Below, piece after piece: positions 1 through 13,381 of a stretch of 64,000 nucleotides of DNA. Where the stretch lies: NCBI RefSeq assembly GCF_006345805.1, contig NC_043000.1:15562001-15626000 (forward strand), read 5' to 3'. The number at the start of each line of letters is the position of its first letter. Within the stretch, counting starts at the first letter, position 1. This DNA is from Octopus sinensis (taxonomy: Eukaryota). The notes under the pieces were generated by a model. That model saw only the letters and a program-made list of their open reading frames with translations, was not told the DNA's origin and ran no database searches. The translations under genes and the position numbers were made by a program.

Positions 1-62
1 TCAAAAACTTGTGTTTCAGTTCCTGAAGCTGTTGGAGCCCTGCATAATTCACAGGTCATTCA

Positions 63-104
63 TTAACTTGGAATATTGAGTTCAAATTTTGATATGAATG
101 TTAC
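63..104 (-). CDS. Possible terminal coding exon of the minus-strand host gene (VTFISKFELNIPS*)
   Basis: Acceptor tttctttag|GTA. Phase 0 matches the preceding exon ending CAG|, and the frame reaches TAA at 63-65. Short, so it could be coincidental. Confidence 0.3.
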   Translation of the reverse strand, partial: VTFISKFELNIPS

Positions 105-349
105 CTAAAGAAAAATTATTTCTTTCAGTTTGGTGTGTCCTATGAAGATGAAATATTTCACTTGGCACTTAGGTACTTGTGTGAAAACCTAATGGATTAC
201 AAAACTAGGCATAGAAGTAACCATCTAATTTAATATCTCTTTGTTTGGATAATGTGTAGCGATTTAATATATATCATTTATTGCAGATCTTGATAAAAAA
301 AAAATTGTAAATGATCAATTCTTTTCAAACTTACTTTATCTTATAATAT

Positions 350-625
350 CACTGTATCAACCAGTTTATCAGATGTTGTTATATACCGCTGGTCACAGTG
401 TGCTTTCTCACATTGTTGTAGCTTTTGAATGATACCATCCACTACCTAGGTGAACAGGCCAACATTCCCCTCCAACAGAATGCCGGTCCATCATGGGGTT
501 ACAGCTGAGTGAACTGGAGCAACATGAAATAAAATGTTTTGCCTAGAAATGCAACACGTCACCTATCTGGGAATCAGATCACAATCTTGTGATTGTGAGT
601 GTAACCCTAAAAACTAAGGTGTCAC
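350..625 (-). mobile_element. Degenerate tRNA-headed SINE, same family as 23005-23247
   Basis: Shares gagtgaactggagcaacatgaaat..aaatgttttgc with the 23-kb copy. Confidence 0.6.
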
Positions 626-732
626 CTTCATATCTTGTAATATCTAACATTAAGAACATGTGATCTAGTAATAATTTATTTGCTGATTTAAAATTTTTCA
701 GTTTTAAACACCTTATGGCTCTATATCAGTAC

Positions 733-1006
733 TTTCCAAGCGCTGGACTGGCGTCCGTGTTGGTGACATGTAGAAAGCACCAACCGATCGTGGCCGTTTG
801 CCAGCCTCTTCTGGCCCCTGTGCCGGTGGCATGTAAAAAGTGCCCACTACACTCACGGAGTGGTTGGCGTTAGGAAGGGCATCCAGCTGTAGAAACTGCC
901 AGATCAGACTGGAGCCTGGTGCAGCCTCCTGGCTTCCAAGACCCCAGTCGAACCGTCCAACCCATGCTAGCATGGAAAACGGACGTTAAACGATGATGAT
1001 GATGAT
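733..1006 (+). mobile_element. 5'-truncated RTE LINE 3' end
   Basis: gtgccggtggcatgtaaaaag unit, ccatgctagcatgg palindrome and (GAT)n tail. The same tail follows the RT ORF at 41935-43682. Confidence 0.85.
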
Positions 1007-1173
1007 TTTCTCCCAGGTCCCACTATAACTTTCCAGAAAAATGTATGCCCCAACTTTATTTCTAATATTTTATCACAATTATTCAACACTAAAGAATCTA
1101 CCAATAACTCTTTTATTAAGTACTGAGTATAAAAAGTAATACATTATTGACTAAGAAAAAGAAAGTGAATCAT

Positions 1174-1398
1174 TTTAATGAGCATCTTGTGCCTAACAAC
1201 TATGGCACCATGCCCTATCACAATTTTCCCAGGCTCCACATTGAGAATCACTGCTCTATATAAAGTGTAGAATCACTTTAATGAGCATCTTGTGCCTGAC
1301 AGCTATGGCACCATGCCCCACCACAATTTTCCCAGGCTCCATCGGTGGGGGCGTATGCCTCACATTGAAAATCATTCTCTATACAAAGTGTAAGATAT
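1174..1398 (+). repeat. ~103-bp tandem duplication
   Basis: ttaatgagcatcttgtgcct...cacattgagaatca occurs twice; the second copy has a ~19-bp extra segment. Confidence 0.8.
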
Positions 1399-1899
1399 CT
1401 ACATTCCTTTGTAAATTCTGTGTTCACCTGCAATTTCAACAAAACAAAAACCTTAACGAATTCAAACTGAATATTAACTCTACAAATCCCCACAGGTTTT
1501 CCTCCAACAAACACACACGGACATACACATCTGCACATAGGGGTAACCTTAAAATGCTACGAGATTTGTCTCGCCACTTCAGACTAAGGGCATCCAGTCG
1601 TAGAAACCATACCAAATCAAACTGGAGTCTGGTGTGGTCCTTCAGCTTGCCAGCCCTGGTCAAAACGTCCAACCCATGCCAGCATGGACAACGGACATTA
1701 AATGATGATGATAATGATGATAAGAATGATGATGATGAGTATCTTAAAACAAAACATTATTGAAATCAGAAAAATTCAAAGCTTATCTTTTCGATGGAAT
1801 AAACTCACTGCAATATTTTTTCATCGTTTGTCTTTTACTCATTTCAGTCATTATACTGCAGCCAAGTTGGGCACCATTTTGAAGGACCAACTCAAACAA

Positions 1900-2077
1900 A
1901 TTCACCCAAGTACTTATTTTTAAAGCTTGGTACTTATCCTCTTTTACCAAAGTGCTAAGTTGCAGGGACATAAACAAACCAACATCAATTGTCAAGTGGT
2001 GGTAGGACAAACATCACACTAAAAGAAAGATACACATAGATATATGCATATATATATGTATATGTATGTATGTATAT

Positions 2078-2109
<32 letters not shown>

Positions 2110-2540
2110 GCATACACACATATATAAGAAGCCTATCATGTGTGTGTATAAATATATATATATATCGTGCCGGTGGCACATAAAAGCACCCACTACAGTC
2201 TCGGAGTGGTTGGCATTAGGAAGGACATCCAGCTGTAGAAACTCTGGCAGATCAGACTGGAGCCTGGTGCAACCATCTGGCTCACCAGTCCCCAGTCAAA
2301 CCGTCCAACCCATGCCAGCATGGAAAGCGGATGTTAAACGATGATGATATATAAACACACACACACACACACAGAATGGGCTTCTTTCAGTTTCCATTGG
2401 CCAGATTCACTCACAGGGCTTTTGTCAATTTGAGGCTATAGTAGTAGACACTTGCCCAAGGTGCCACACAATGGGACTGAAACCAAGACCACATGGCTAG
2501 AAAGCAATCTTCTCAGCCACACTGCTACACCTACACTTAT
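1900..2540 (-). mobile_element. CORE-like tRNA SINE with an RTE 3' end (2166-2348, +) nested in its microsatellite
   Basis: The head (cacttgcccaaggtgccacacaatgggactgaaacc) and tail match the 26798-27205 family; the RTE tail sits in the (TA)/(CA) linker. Confidence 0.75.
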
Positions 2541-2603
2541 GATGCATAATAGATGAACTCATTAGTGATAACCTTAATTTGTCTTCTAGTTTAACACAAC
2601 CAC

Positions 2604-2787
2604 CTGATTCTTCAGTGGCTTTAGCAGAATCAAATTCTGTTGCAAACATTTGACCCCAGGATTCTGGTTTATGAATAATGCAATATTTTGATGTATTGCT
2701 TCTTCTTTTTCTTCCAACAGTCTTAGAGACCCCACAAGGGTCATGAGCATAACTGTTTCTTCTGTGACTAAGCCATCAAAAATAAAA
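2604..2787 (-). CDS. Internal exon of the host gene (FIFDGLVTEETVMLMTLVGSLRLLEEKEEAIHQNIALFINQNPGVKCLQQNLILLKPLKNQ); ARM/HEAT-like, tentatively MEI1-like
   Basis: 184-nt open frame in unique sequence, acceptor tatag|T (phase 2), donor CAG|gtggtt (phase 0). Phase matches the 13382-13540 exon. Confidence 0.65.
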
Positions 2788-2834
2788 CTATAGTCATATA
2801 GCAGCACATTTCAATTAAAGAACTGCATGCACAT

Positions 2835-3185
2835 ACACATTAGCCTGCAGCCTCCTACCTCGTAGCTATTTATCGCAAGCACTGTTACAGACATATGTTC
2901 CATTTCCTGCTAGATCATCCTACCATGGCTTTGTTCTCATTCAACGCAGCAGTTGCAGGCTGGAAGAGATATCTTGGCAGGCCCTGTACTAGAGGGCTGG
3001 ACATCATTAAGGAAGATCTCCAGAGGCTTGACATTGCCTTGGAGGACGCAGAGGGGCTGGCATGGGAACACCAGCGATGGGAACACTGGTGAGCCAGGTC
3101 AACTCTACACATGATGACATCTCTGGGACCACTAACCTGGGATGACCCCCACCCTATCAAGCAAGAACATGAAGCAAGCAGCCAT
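2835..3185 (+). mobile_element. Decayed RTE-type ORF2 C-terminal fragment
   Basis: GRPCTRGLDIIKEDLQRLDIALEDAEGLAWEHQRW resembles the GRPxxRWxDxIKxDL...AxDRxxW end of RTE ORF2; (CAAG)n-like tail. Confidence 0.6.
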
Positions 3186-3785
3186 ATGGCATACAGAATG
3201 ACTTAGACAACTGGTTCCAGTTACTTTCTAGAGAAGTATCCACCATAAACACTTAGATATTTCATTTGAGGGCATGACTGACTGAGTGTATTAGATACAA
3301 GACAAGTGTTAGGAGCTTGGTAGGTCATATCCTTGTCACTAAGTATTACTTTGTGTTCATGTTCATAACATTTAACTTCCAAATGATTCATTGTAGCTAA
3401 CTGTGAATAGGTATCTCAAGATAAGCAAAAACTTACCACTCTGAACAGAGTCAGCATCCATGAAGTGGATAAGTGATTTGTTACCTTGTAACCTAAGTTT
3501 CACTCCTTCTGTGGGTAACAGCTTGGAAAGAAATGTATTCTAGCAGGCTTATTGTCCAAAGTATATATTACATAAAGATAAAGTCTTTGCTATAAGGAAA
3601 TTTAGTTACACTCACCACTATTTAACAAATATTGCACAGAAAATATTTCTTAAACATTTTCTACAAATTTACTAGGCTCAAATTGTAAATGAGCTGATTT
3701 GTAAACATTCTAAAGTTTGAAGCGTGTGTGTGTCAAAGAGAGAGACAGACAGATGGACAGAGAAATGTCAAATGTTTAATACTTC

Positions 3786-4165
3786 CCGTGCCGGTGGCAT
3801 GTAAAAGCACCATCTGCTTGCATGCGTTGCCAGCCTCGCCTGGCCCCCGTGCCGGTGGCACGTAAAAGCACCATCCGTTCGTGTCCGTTGCCAGCCTCGC
3901 CTGGCCCCCGTGCCGGTGGCACGTAAAAGCACCATCCGTTCGTGGCCGTTTGCCAGCTCCGTCTGGCACCTGTGCGGGTGGCACATAAAAAGCACCCACT
4001 ACACTCACGGAGTGGTTGGCGTTAGGAAGGGCATCCAGCCGTAGAAACACTGCCAGATCTGACTGGGCCTGATGCGGCCTTCCGGCTTCATAGACCCCAG
4101 TTGAACCGTCCAACCCATGCTAGCATGGAAAACAGACGCTAAATGATGATGATGATGATGATGAT
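3786..4165 (+). mobile_element. RTE LINE 3' end with a multi-unit 3'UTR array
   Basis: Repeated gtgccggtggcacgtaaaagcacc units, then the palindrome and (GAT)n. Confidence 0.85.
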
Positions 4166-4441
4166 CTACATATATATATACACACATACACAAATATATA
4201 TACATATATATCGCGTGATCACATAACTAACCAGACTGTCATGTTGTTACACATTGCTGGTTACAATGCACCGCCCAGTCAGGGAATCAAACCCAGGATC
4301 TCATGAATGTGAGTGCAACAGCCTAATCATTGGACCACATACCTTCACTGTATACATATACATACATATATATATATACATACATATACATATATATGTA
4401 TGCATACATATGTGTGCATATATCCATCTATCTATCTATCT

Positions 4442-4475
<34 letters not shown>

Positions 4476-4825
4476 GCTTAAGAGGAATTAGTTGCTGTGT
4501 GATGACAAAGGACTCAAGAAGACCCTTACTCTGCAGCAGAAGTGTTAAGACCTGATGATGTAAAGCACTCATGGTGGTGTCACATAAGAGCACCTATGCA
4601 GTGCCATGTAAAAGCACCCATGTGGTGCCACGTAAAAGCACCCTCTATAAAGCAGTTGGAATTAGGAAGGGCATCTATGTCAAAATAGACAGTTAAGCTT
4701 GCTACAGTCCTCTGGCTTAGCACCTCTTGTCAAACTGTCCAACACATGACAGCATGAAAGAAGTTCTCAAACAGTGGTGGGGACAAACACACACACACAA
4801 AGACACACATACATACATATATATA

Positions 4826-5100
4826 TCACGTGACCGACCAGACCATCAGATGTTGCTACACATCGCTGGTCACAATGCGTTCGCATTGTTTTAGCTGGCT
4901 AAGCGAGCAGGCCAACGAACGAAAGAGTGAGAGAAAGAGTGGTGAAAGAGTACAGCAGGGATCACCACCCCCTGCCGGAGCCTCATGGAGCTTTTGGGTG
5001 TTTTCGCTCAATAAACACACACAACGCCCGGTCTGGAAATCGAAACCGCGATCCTACGACCGCGAGTCCGCTGCCCTAACCACTGGGCCATTGCGCCTCC
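4826..5100 (-). mobile_element. tRNA-headed SINE
   Basis: Minus strand reads ggaggcgcaatggcccagtggttagggcagc...ggtttcgatttcc (A-box and B-box like); same head as 11650-12041. Confidence 0.85.
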
Positions 5101-5980
5101 ACACACATATATATATATAGTAGAAGACACTTGCTCAAAGTGCCATGCATCTTCTTACTACACAGCCATGCCTAGAAAAAAATGAGTGTAAATTTTGTTG
5201 TAAAAATGACAATGACTATAAGTTGATTTGAATTAAACTCTCATCAGAATGGAAGTAAAAATATACACATTGGATGTGAGAGTTGTAACTGTCCATATTA
5301 GAAGGGAATTGAAAAATATCCTTGATGGAAGGAACTGTGAGGACATCCATGTCAAAAGTAGGAATGGGAATATTCTTGTCAGAAAATAAATAGGTTATAA
5401 AGGTGTCATTTTACCATATAAAGAGCCATTGGTATGTTGTCCTATAAATAGGTGTCATGGGAGGTATGGCCCATTACTATATAATTAACAAAGGAATGTA
5501 TTGTTATTATGTTGTGATATTTAGCCCTAGGTCATTCCTGATTGAGTTAGCCAATCTAACGTTACCTGCTGTTTTTTCCAGACACGTTATGTTGTGTCTG
5601 ATAGCTCACCCTTCAAGAAATAACAACCAAAAATCCTCAAATTACACCCTGCAATCTTAAAAAGGAAGGATACATTGGACATAGGTCATCATTACAATCC
5701 AGCTTGGCAACCTATATGCAACACTTGCTAGAAATACTGCCTCATTTTCTCCAAATCACATTCTTCCATCTTAAAAAAAAAGGACATTTTGAGGAAGCGT
5801 AGTAGATACATTTGTGCCTTTTTAAAAAAAATGAAAAAGATAGATGGAATAAAATGGTTGGGTGTGATTTATAAAAAATTTGGCTGCTATTTCTAGCAGA
5901 TATTTTGTTGACCTGTAAAGACATTGATTGTTGTTGTATGACACTATGTAAGCTTTGATTGAGCAGAAATACTTCTAATG

Positions 5981-6196
5981 CAAGGCAGCAAGCTGGCAGA
6001 AACATTAGCATATTGGGTGAAATGCTTTGTGGTATTTCATCTGTCTTTACATTCTGAGTTCAAATTCCACCAAGGTTGACTTTGCCTTTCATCCTTTCGG
6101 GGTCAATAAATTAAGTACCAGTTGTGTACTGGGATCGATCTAATCAACTGGCCCCCTCCCCCAAAATTTCGGGCCTTGTGCCTAGAGTAGAAAAGA
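5981..6196 (+). mobile_element. tRNA-derived SINE with a Meta-like central domain, CpG-decayed
   Basis: ctgagttcaaattcc B-box plus ctttgcctttcatcctttcggggtc...aagtacc core shared by more than 10 copies in the window. Confidence 0.85.
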
Positions 6197-6739
6197 AATA
6201 CTTCTAATGCATTCTGCCTTCTTTAAAATTGTTGTGATTTGAGGAATATTTGACTGCTATTTCTAGCAGGCTGGGTAACCACACCAAAGCTGCCTTTGTT
6301 GGCTCATGATGATGACAGTTATGCTGTATGGTGGTAAGGGTAGATAATAAAGAATGAAAATGTGAAAACTGGGAATTATAAATATGGGTGCAGAGAGAGA
6401 GAGAAAGATAGATGTGTTAGAGAAATATGTTATTTATGACATCGTTCGTGCGTTTGTACTAGATTTAAGGTTTTAGGGTTAGGGTTGTCATAAATAACAG
6501 TGACAAACAAAATATACACCGCCGGAAGTTCTTGTTGACAAACAACAGCAGTAATTTTATTCAGCTGAATACATGTCATTGATTGGTTGAAATTACCGAA
6601 ATATGAGAACTTTAAGGTGAAATATCTTTGTAAATATAAGTTTTTCTCAAATATGCTAAGAGTAAAACATATTTTATATGACACATTCTACCAGTGTCCA
6701 AAGTTTGAAAGTGTTTAGTTACAAAAAATTATTTTTTAA

Positions 6740-6959
6740 CCCTTTAGTGTTCAGATTATTCTATCAAACATAATGCTTATTGATTCACATTGATTTGAAT
6801 TAATCATGCATTATCTCATATCTTCAAGATCTTGATGGTGTAATTACTTAATGTAGAATAACATTGTAGGGTAGGTGTGAGAGCCTGGATCTGGTCAGTT
6901 TTGAACATAAAACAGATTAAATATTTTGGCCAGATATGGCCGGTTTAAATACTAAAGGG
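6740..6959. mobile_element. piggyBac-type MITE
   Basis: ttaa|ccctttag...ctaaaggg|ttaa: TIRs with a TTAA duplication. A related inverted copy lies at ~23712-23915. Confidence 0.8.
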
Positions 6960-7572
6960 TTAAATCTGTAGGTCAAAAGGTAAAGATCCCAAAATGTTTA
7001 AGACTACAGTAAATTCCAACATGATTGCATATTGTCATTATTTACTTCATCTGTCTGTCGATAATTGGTTTATCAATGACAGGATAATTAGTTTATCAAT
7101 GACAGGATAGAGTATCTCAGGGATAATTAGTTTCTCCTTTGTATAAGGGTTGTGTCACACATCTATCATTCCCAACACCCTCTCATATCCGCCTTCATGG
7201 CCCACTCATTATAACCACTCTTTGTATCTCTGCATCTCCCTCACCATTACTCCTACACCTTGCACATCTTCCCCTTAATTTCTCATCTACTTCCCTTCCT
7301 GAATCACTTTTATCCCTCTCATGTTACCCACTCTTCATTCTCTTATTTCCCAAACAGCGCTTTGAGCCTCATCACCTCTCCTCCCATTTCTGACCATCTG
7401 CTACTCTCTCCTCACCACTAATAACCACCATCTCCTGTTCTTTCCAGTTATTCCCCCACACCACTTCTATTTAATGGTTTCAAAGTTTGGCACAAGCCTA
7501 GCAATTTTAGAGCAAGGGGCTAGTCAATAACATTGATCCCACTGCTCAACTAGTTCTCATTTTCTCAACCCC

Positions 7573-7922
7573 ACCTCTGGCCCCTGTGCTGGTGGCACAT
7601 TAAAGCACCCACTACACTCTTGGAGTGGTTGGCATTAGGAAGGGCATCCAGCTGTAGAAACTCTACAAGATCAAGATTGGAGCCTGGTGCAGCTATCTGG
7701 TTCGTCACTCAACCCCACCTCTGGCCCCTGTGCTGGTGGCACATTAAAGCACCCACTACACTCTTGGAGTGGTTGGCGTTAGGAAGGGCATCCAGCTGTA
7801 GAAACTCTACCAGATCAAGATTGGAGCCTGGTGCAGCCATCTGGTTCGCCAGTCCTCAGTTAAATCATTCAACCCATGCTAGCATGGAAAGCGGACATTA
7901 AATAATGATGATGATGATGATG
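7573..7922 (+). mobile_element. RTE 3' end with an internal ~140-bp tandem duplication
   Basis: aaccccacctctggcccctgtgctggtggcacattaaagc...gagcctggtgcag occurs twice. Confidence 0.85.
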
Positions 7923-9139
7923 AATGTAGTGTATGTAAGTCTATGTTGCAGGAAAAGCAACATTGGAAACTCTAGAGGATTGTATTTCTTGCAAGTGGGA
8001 AAATACTGAAAGAAGTAGTTAGTGTGCAGTCTGGAAAGTGAGACACAGTGGCAGTGGATAGAGAGAGTATGAGCTAGCTTGTTCAGAAATGCAGATTGTT
8101 GTGGTAGTGATAGAAGCTAAGAGAGAAACCATGTAACCCAGAGTCTGTGATAGCAGCATGATCTGGAAATGTATTCCAGACAGCCAAGGGAACTGAGGCA
8201 AACTAAAATGTTCTGTCTGCGAACAAGTATCCCAATAACCAACCCACTGAATCATCTCACCTCTGTGTCTGCAGTGTTGTACAACTGATTAGATAAACAT
8301 GAATATTAGCTCTATGATTCATGACCAAATCAGACATCGATGATAAGGATTGAAGAAAAAGAAAAAAGAAATGGTATTCAATAGGTCATCAGTAAAGTTT
8401 GATGAAAGGTTAAATCTATATATATAATACAAGCACTTTACCATAATTTTATTTTAAAATTCACTCTTGAACTCAAAAGCTGTCAGTCAACTGATAAAAT
8501 GAAATAAAATATATTTTTTGTCTAAATGCCATACTTTCTTGATATAGAAATGTGACCTTCTGATCTTAATGAAAGATAACAGTTAACATTATTAAGAATA
8601 AAGGAATTGTGAGATTTTGAAAATTAAATTATTGATTTGTTCTTGCTTTTGCACAAGATCATGAATTGATAGTGAAAGTGAATGGAATTGCGAGACGCCT
8701 TCAAGAACAAGCCAGTCTTTGTTCTATGTTATACAGTATTTACTGGAATGCTTTAATATCGGTTTTAAATTTTGACACAAAGCCAGAAAATTTGGGGGAC
8801 AAGGTTAGTCAATTATGTCGACTTCAGTGCTCAACTGGTACTTATTTTGTCAACCGTGAAAGGATGAAAATCAACCCTGGCAGCATTTGAACTCAAAACA
8901 TAAAGATAAATGAAAAGCTGCTCAGCATTTTGCCCAGTGTGCTAACAATTCTGCCATCTTAAGGAATATTCTAATCTTGGTTTCAAATTTTGGCACAAGA
9001 CCAGCATGTTCAGGGGATAGAGTAAATCAATTACATCAACCCCAGTTCTCAACTGGTACTTTTCTTATCGACCATGAAATAAGAGATAGAGGGGCAGAAT
9101 ACAATGTCTTCTACATTGTAAGAAGGAGCCCATATAGAG

Positions 9140-9990
9140 GTGGGTTTAGGGTGGCAAGCTGGCAGAACCATTAGCATGCCGGGAAAAAAAGCTTAGCGGT
9201 ATGTCGCTTGTCAAGGCGGCAAGTTGGCAGAAACGTTAGCATGCCGGGCGATATGCTTAGCCGTATTTCGTCTGCTGTTACGTTCTGAGTTCAAATTCCA
9301 CCGAGGTTGACTTTGCCTTTCATCTTTTCGGGGTCGATAAATTAAGTACCAGTTACGCACTGGGGTTGATATAATCGACTTAATCCGTTTGTTTGTCCTC
9401 TCTGTGTTTTGCCCCTTGCGGGTAGTAAAGAAATAGGTATGTCACTTGTCTTTATAAATTCAACCTCGGAATTTGAATTCAGAACATAAAGAAGGACAAA
9501 ATGCCTCTAAGCATTTTCCTCAGCATGTTTTCAATTCTGCTAGCTTTCTGCCTTAAGGAATTGAATGTTTTAATATTAAAAGTATGTCTAAGGCATCAAG
9601 CTAGTAGAATCATTATTATGTCAGCCAAAATCGTTAGTAACATTTTGTCCATCTTCACATTCTGAGTTCAAATTCCACCAAAGTCAACTTTGTCTTTCAT
9701 CTTTTCGGAGTCAATAAAATAAGTACCAGTTGAGGACTGGTTTTGATGTAATTAACTTGTCCCCTTTCCTGATCTTGATGGTATTGTGTCAAAATTTGAA
9801 ACCAATATTAAAAGTGTGCAGGGTGATATTCTGGCAGGATTGTTAGAGTATCAGTTAGAGCCTTTATAATATTTCTTCTGCTTCTTTATGCTCTGAGTTC
9901 AAATCTCACCAAGGTTAACTTTGCTCTTCTACCTTCTGAGGTTGATATAATTCAGTGTCCTCTACCTTGAAATTCTTGCCCTGCATTTTA
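9140..9990 (+). mobile_element. Cluster of Meta-like SINE copies
   Basis: Copies of the same core at ~9210-9440, ~9590-9810 and ~9820-9990. Confidence 0.75.
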
Positions 9991-10184
9991 TAAGAAACCA
10001 ATATTAAAAACATGTAGCAACAACAGAGCTGAGGTTAAAAGTACCACAGTTGAACACTGCATACTAAATACTTATAATGTAGGGTCTTGTGCAAGCAGTA
10101 TAAGAAAAATTTCAATTCAATGAAATTAGCAGAGAAAATCCCTACCAAGGAGTTTTGAAAATGTAAAAATAATAAGCAGGGGTC

Positions 10185-10792
10185 ATCATCATCATCGTTT
10201 AATGTCCGTTTTCCATGCTAGCATGGGTTGGGCGGTTCGACTGGGGTCTGGGAAGCCAGGAGGCTGCACCAGGCCCCAGTCTGATCCAGCAATGTTTCTA
10301 CAGCTGGATGCCCTTCCTAATGCCAACCACTCCATGAGTATAGTGAGTGCTTTTTACGTGCCACCAGCACAGGGGCTAGTGGGGGGCTGGCAACGGCCAT
10401 GATCAGTTGGTGCTTTTTACGTGCCACCGGCATGAAAGCCAGTCAAAGCGGCGCTGGTATCAGCCATGTTCCGATGGTGCTTTTTACATGCCACCAGCAC
10501 AGGTATCACAACTACAATTTCCATTTGATTTTTATTTTGATGTTGATGTACCTGACTCAATAGGTCTCCTCAAGCATAGCAGGTCACCCTACGATCCAAG
10601 GTAAACACAGCCGGCCATCCTGCGATCCAAGGTACTTTGGATGGGCTGGAGCTGGTATGTGAAGCTGGTGCAGGAAACAGCCATGAACTCACGTTATTTG
10701 TCGGGTCTTCAGAGTCACAGCATATCTCCAGAGTTCTTGATCTTTTGTCATTGCCTCTGTGAGGCCCAATGTTCGAAGGTCATGCTTGACCA
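10185..10792 (-). mobile_element. RTE LINE 3' fragment including the ORF2 end
   Basis: Minus strand encodes VVKHDLRTLGLTEAMTKDQELWRYAVTLKTRQIT*, followed by the 3'UTR array and (GAT)n. Confidence 0.9.
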
Positions 10793-11649
10793 CGAATAAT
10801 ATCAGTCAGCTGAAGTTTTTGGAAAATTCTGAATAATACTGGCCTCAATTCTTCTCAGCCATGTTTATGTACATAGTAAATAATGTTCTAACAAGTGTAT
10901 AACACCAAACCCCAGCTATTTGTTATTTTTTATCTTTTGGTATAAAATTGTTGAGTTTTCCTATGACTCTGTACGGGACTTGTTCAACCTTTTTCTAGCG
11001 AAAGGTCTTACATAACATTGCTTCATTGTAAATCAGGCCACACCACTAAGATAAATTAACAGTCATTGTATATAGTACATAGTACGATATATATTACACT
11101 AGCAGCTAAGCCTGGTTTCACCCAGTCTGTTTGGATTATGTGGCTGTGATCGTTTGAGGTTAAGCATAATCTATAACAGTGTTTCTCAACCTTATCATTT
11201 TGGGTCCCCTGTTTCAATTAGAGCCTCCAGCTGTATGAAAATTTCCTGACCCCACCCCATCAGAAAACAACTTCCAAGCAACTGGTTGTTTTAATGGCGG
11301 AAGAAAGAGGGTAATTCCATTAGAAAAAGTTTTAATCAATTTTCTCGGTAATTATGGGGGCTAGGAAAAAAATACAAACTCCATTCCAATCTATGCACCC
11401 GTCTCCACATGTGTGCCATTTTTCACCTGAATCCACCCAGCCGTTTGGCTGTGAACCTTAAGACAAGAAAGAATACAACAATCGCCCATGTCCAATTTAT
11501 ATTATGGATGAAGTCACAGAAATTTGTTTGAGTGAAAGTGTGACTGAATGAAAGAGAGAAAGAAACAAGATTGTTCAAATTAACAGAGTCAAAGCTAAAT
11601 ATATTAGAAAATTTAAATGAAAACTCATTGTTTATTTAATCATGGTATT

Positions 11650-12041
11650 GGATGGATGGAAACACTCCGTCGGTTACGACGATGAGGGTTCCAGTTGATC
11701 CGAATCAACGGAACAGCCTGCTCGTGAAATTAACGTGTAAGTGGCTGAGCACTCCACAGACACGTGTACCCTTAACATAGTTCTCGGGGATATTCAGCAT
11801 GACACAGAGAGTGACAAGGCCAGCCCTTTGAAATACAGGTACAACAGAAACAGGAAGTAAGAGTGAGAGAAAGTTGTGGTGAAAGAGTACAGCTGGGTTC
11901 ACCACCACCCCCTGCAGGAGCCTCGTGGAGCTTTAAGTGTTTTCGCTCAATAAACACTCACAACGCCCGGTCTGGGAATCGAAACCGCAATCCTATGACC
12001 GCGAGTCCACTGCCCTAACCACTGGGCCATTGCGCCTCCAC
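11650..12041 (-). mobile_element. Full-length tRNA-headed SINE with a 12-bp TSD
   Basis: aatcatggtatt at 11638-11649 and 12042-12053. Confidence 0.9.
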
Positions 12042-12324
12042 AATCATGGTATTATGAGTATCATATCAGAAGAAATTGAGGCCACATGCAGCTCAAACAC
12101 TGGTAGGTTGTCCATGTCAGCTCTGTGGCAAACTAGTTGATTTTAAGTCTCAAGATTTGTAAATAATTAAGTCTCAGAGGAAACAGCTTCATTTGAATTA
12201 CGTCACCAACAGGAAAAATATTAACGTCACAACTTTCTTCTTTGCTTTATGTAAATATTACAGTTTTCATTGGATTTTGATAACATATACTTAATAAGCT
12301 AATAGAACAACATCTACATATATA

Positions 12325-12555
12325 TTTCTTTACTACCCACAAGGGGCTAAACACAGAGGGGATAAACAAGGACAGACAAAGGGATTAAGTCGATTATATC
12401 GACCCCAGTGCGTAACTGGTACTTAATTTATCGACCCCGGAAGGATGAAAGGCAAAGTCGACCTCGGTGGAATTTGAACTCGGAACATAACGGCAGACGA
12501 AATACGGCAACGCATTTCGCCCAGCGTGCTGACGTTTCTGCCAGCTCACCGCCTT
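12325..12555 (-). mobile_element. Meta-like SINE with a 15-bp TSD
   Basis: acaacatctacatat at 12307-12321 and 12556-12570. Confidence 0.9.
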
Positions 12556-12959
12556 ACAACATCTACATATTTCCTGCTCTGCTAGAATGGTGTCACATAT
12601 TTCCACTCCACCCCAATAAAGGCAGGATGGTCACAACTAGAACATGAAATTTAAGCACCTGCCATCCTTTAAGCATAGCATGTCTGGAATATTGTACTTA
12701 TGGGTTGGGTTGTTACAAACGTTTTTGATTTGTTAATTGTATGTCATCACCCTATTCACATAGATCTAATTAAGGTCGTTCAACTTTATCATGATTTCCT
12801 TTGGCAGGGAATGATCACAGAAATTTCCTTCTGAACTCTCTCCCTTCCTTAGGAGACCATCACTCATTAACAATTTTCTTATGCATCTGCCATTTTTTTA
12901 TAACCACCTGTTCAACATCATTAGCTGTTATCTTAATTTTCCACCAACTCTTTTTCTTT

Positions 12960-12963
12960 TAAA

Positions 12964-13001
<38 letters not shown>

Positions 13002-13074
13002 TAATAATAATAATAATAAAAATAAAAATAATAATAATACTAATTCTACTACTACTAATAATAATAATAATAAC

Positions 13075-13109
<35 letters not shown>

Positions 13110-13250
13110 AATTATTGTATGCAGTGCTCAGGTGCACCACAACTTGTCAAAAGTGCGTATAAAGAATATGCAGTAATGTACAAATGTCTGGAAAGTGAAC
13201 AGTGTATGAGTCAGATATATGCTTGCATGTGTATGGAATCTTGAGACTTA
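12960..13250 (-). mobile_element. CR1 3' tail with an expanded (AAT)n
   Basis: gtgctcaggtgcaccacaacttgtc matches the 18945-19400 tail. Confidence 0.8.
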
Positions 13251-13381
13251 AAATCAACTTATCATTCTTGTTGCAAATAGTTTGTATAGCAATCATGGAA
13301 GTTTTACTTGAATGATGCAACTACACCAAAGCTATCACTGTTTCTGAATTAATTCAGAAATTGTCTAATAATTGGGCCTAC

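Noticed and set aside
20-172. Two in-frame plus-strand mini-exons (VPEAVGALHNSQ / FGVSYEDEIFHLAL)
   Set aside because: The splice sites are canonical, but no in-phase next exon was found and they overlap the better-supported minus-strand model. Unresolved without RNA-seq.
6470-6490. TTAGGG telomere-like motif (also ~44390)
   Set aside because: Only two units, and they lie inside a MITE family.
8453-8501. Strong acceptor/donor pair on the minus strand
   Set aside because: All three frames contain stops, so it is not a coding exon.
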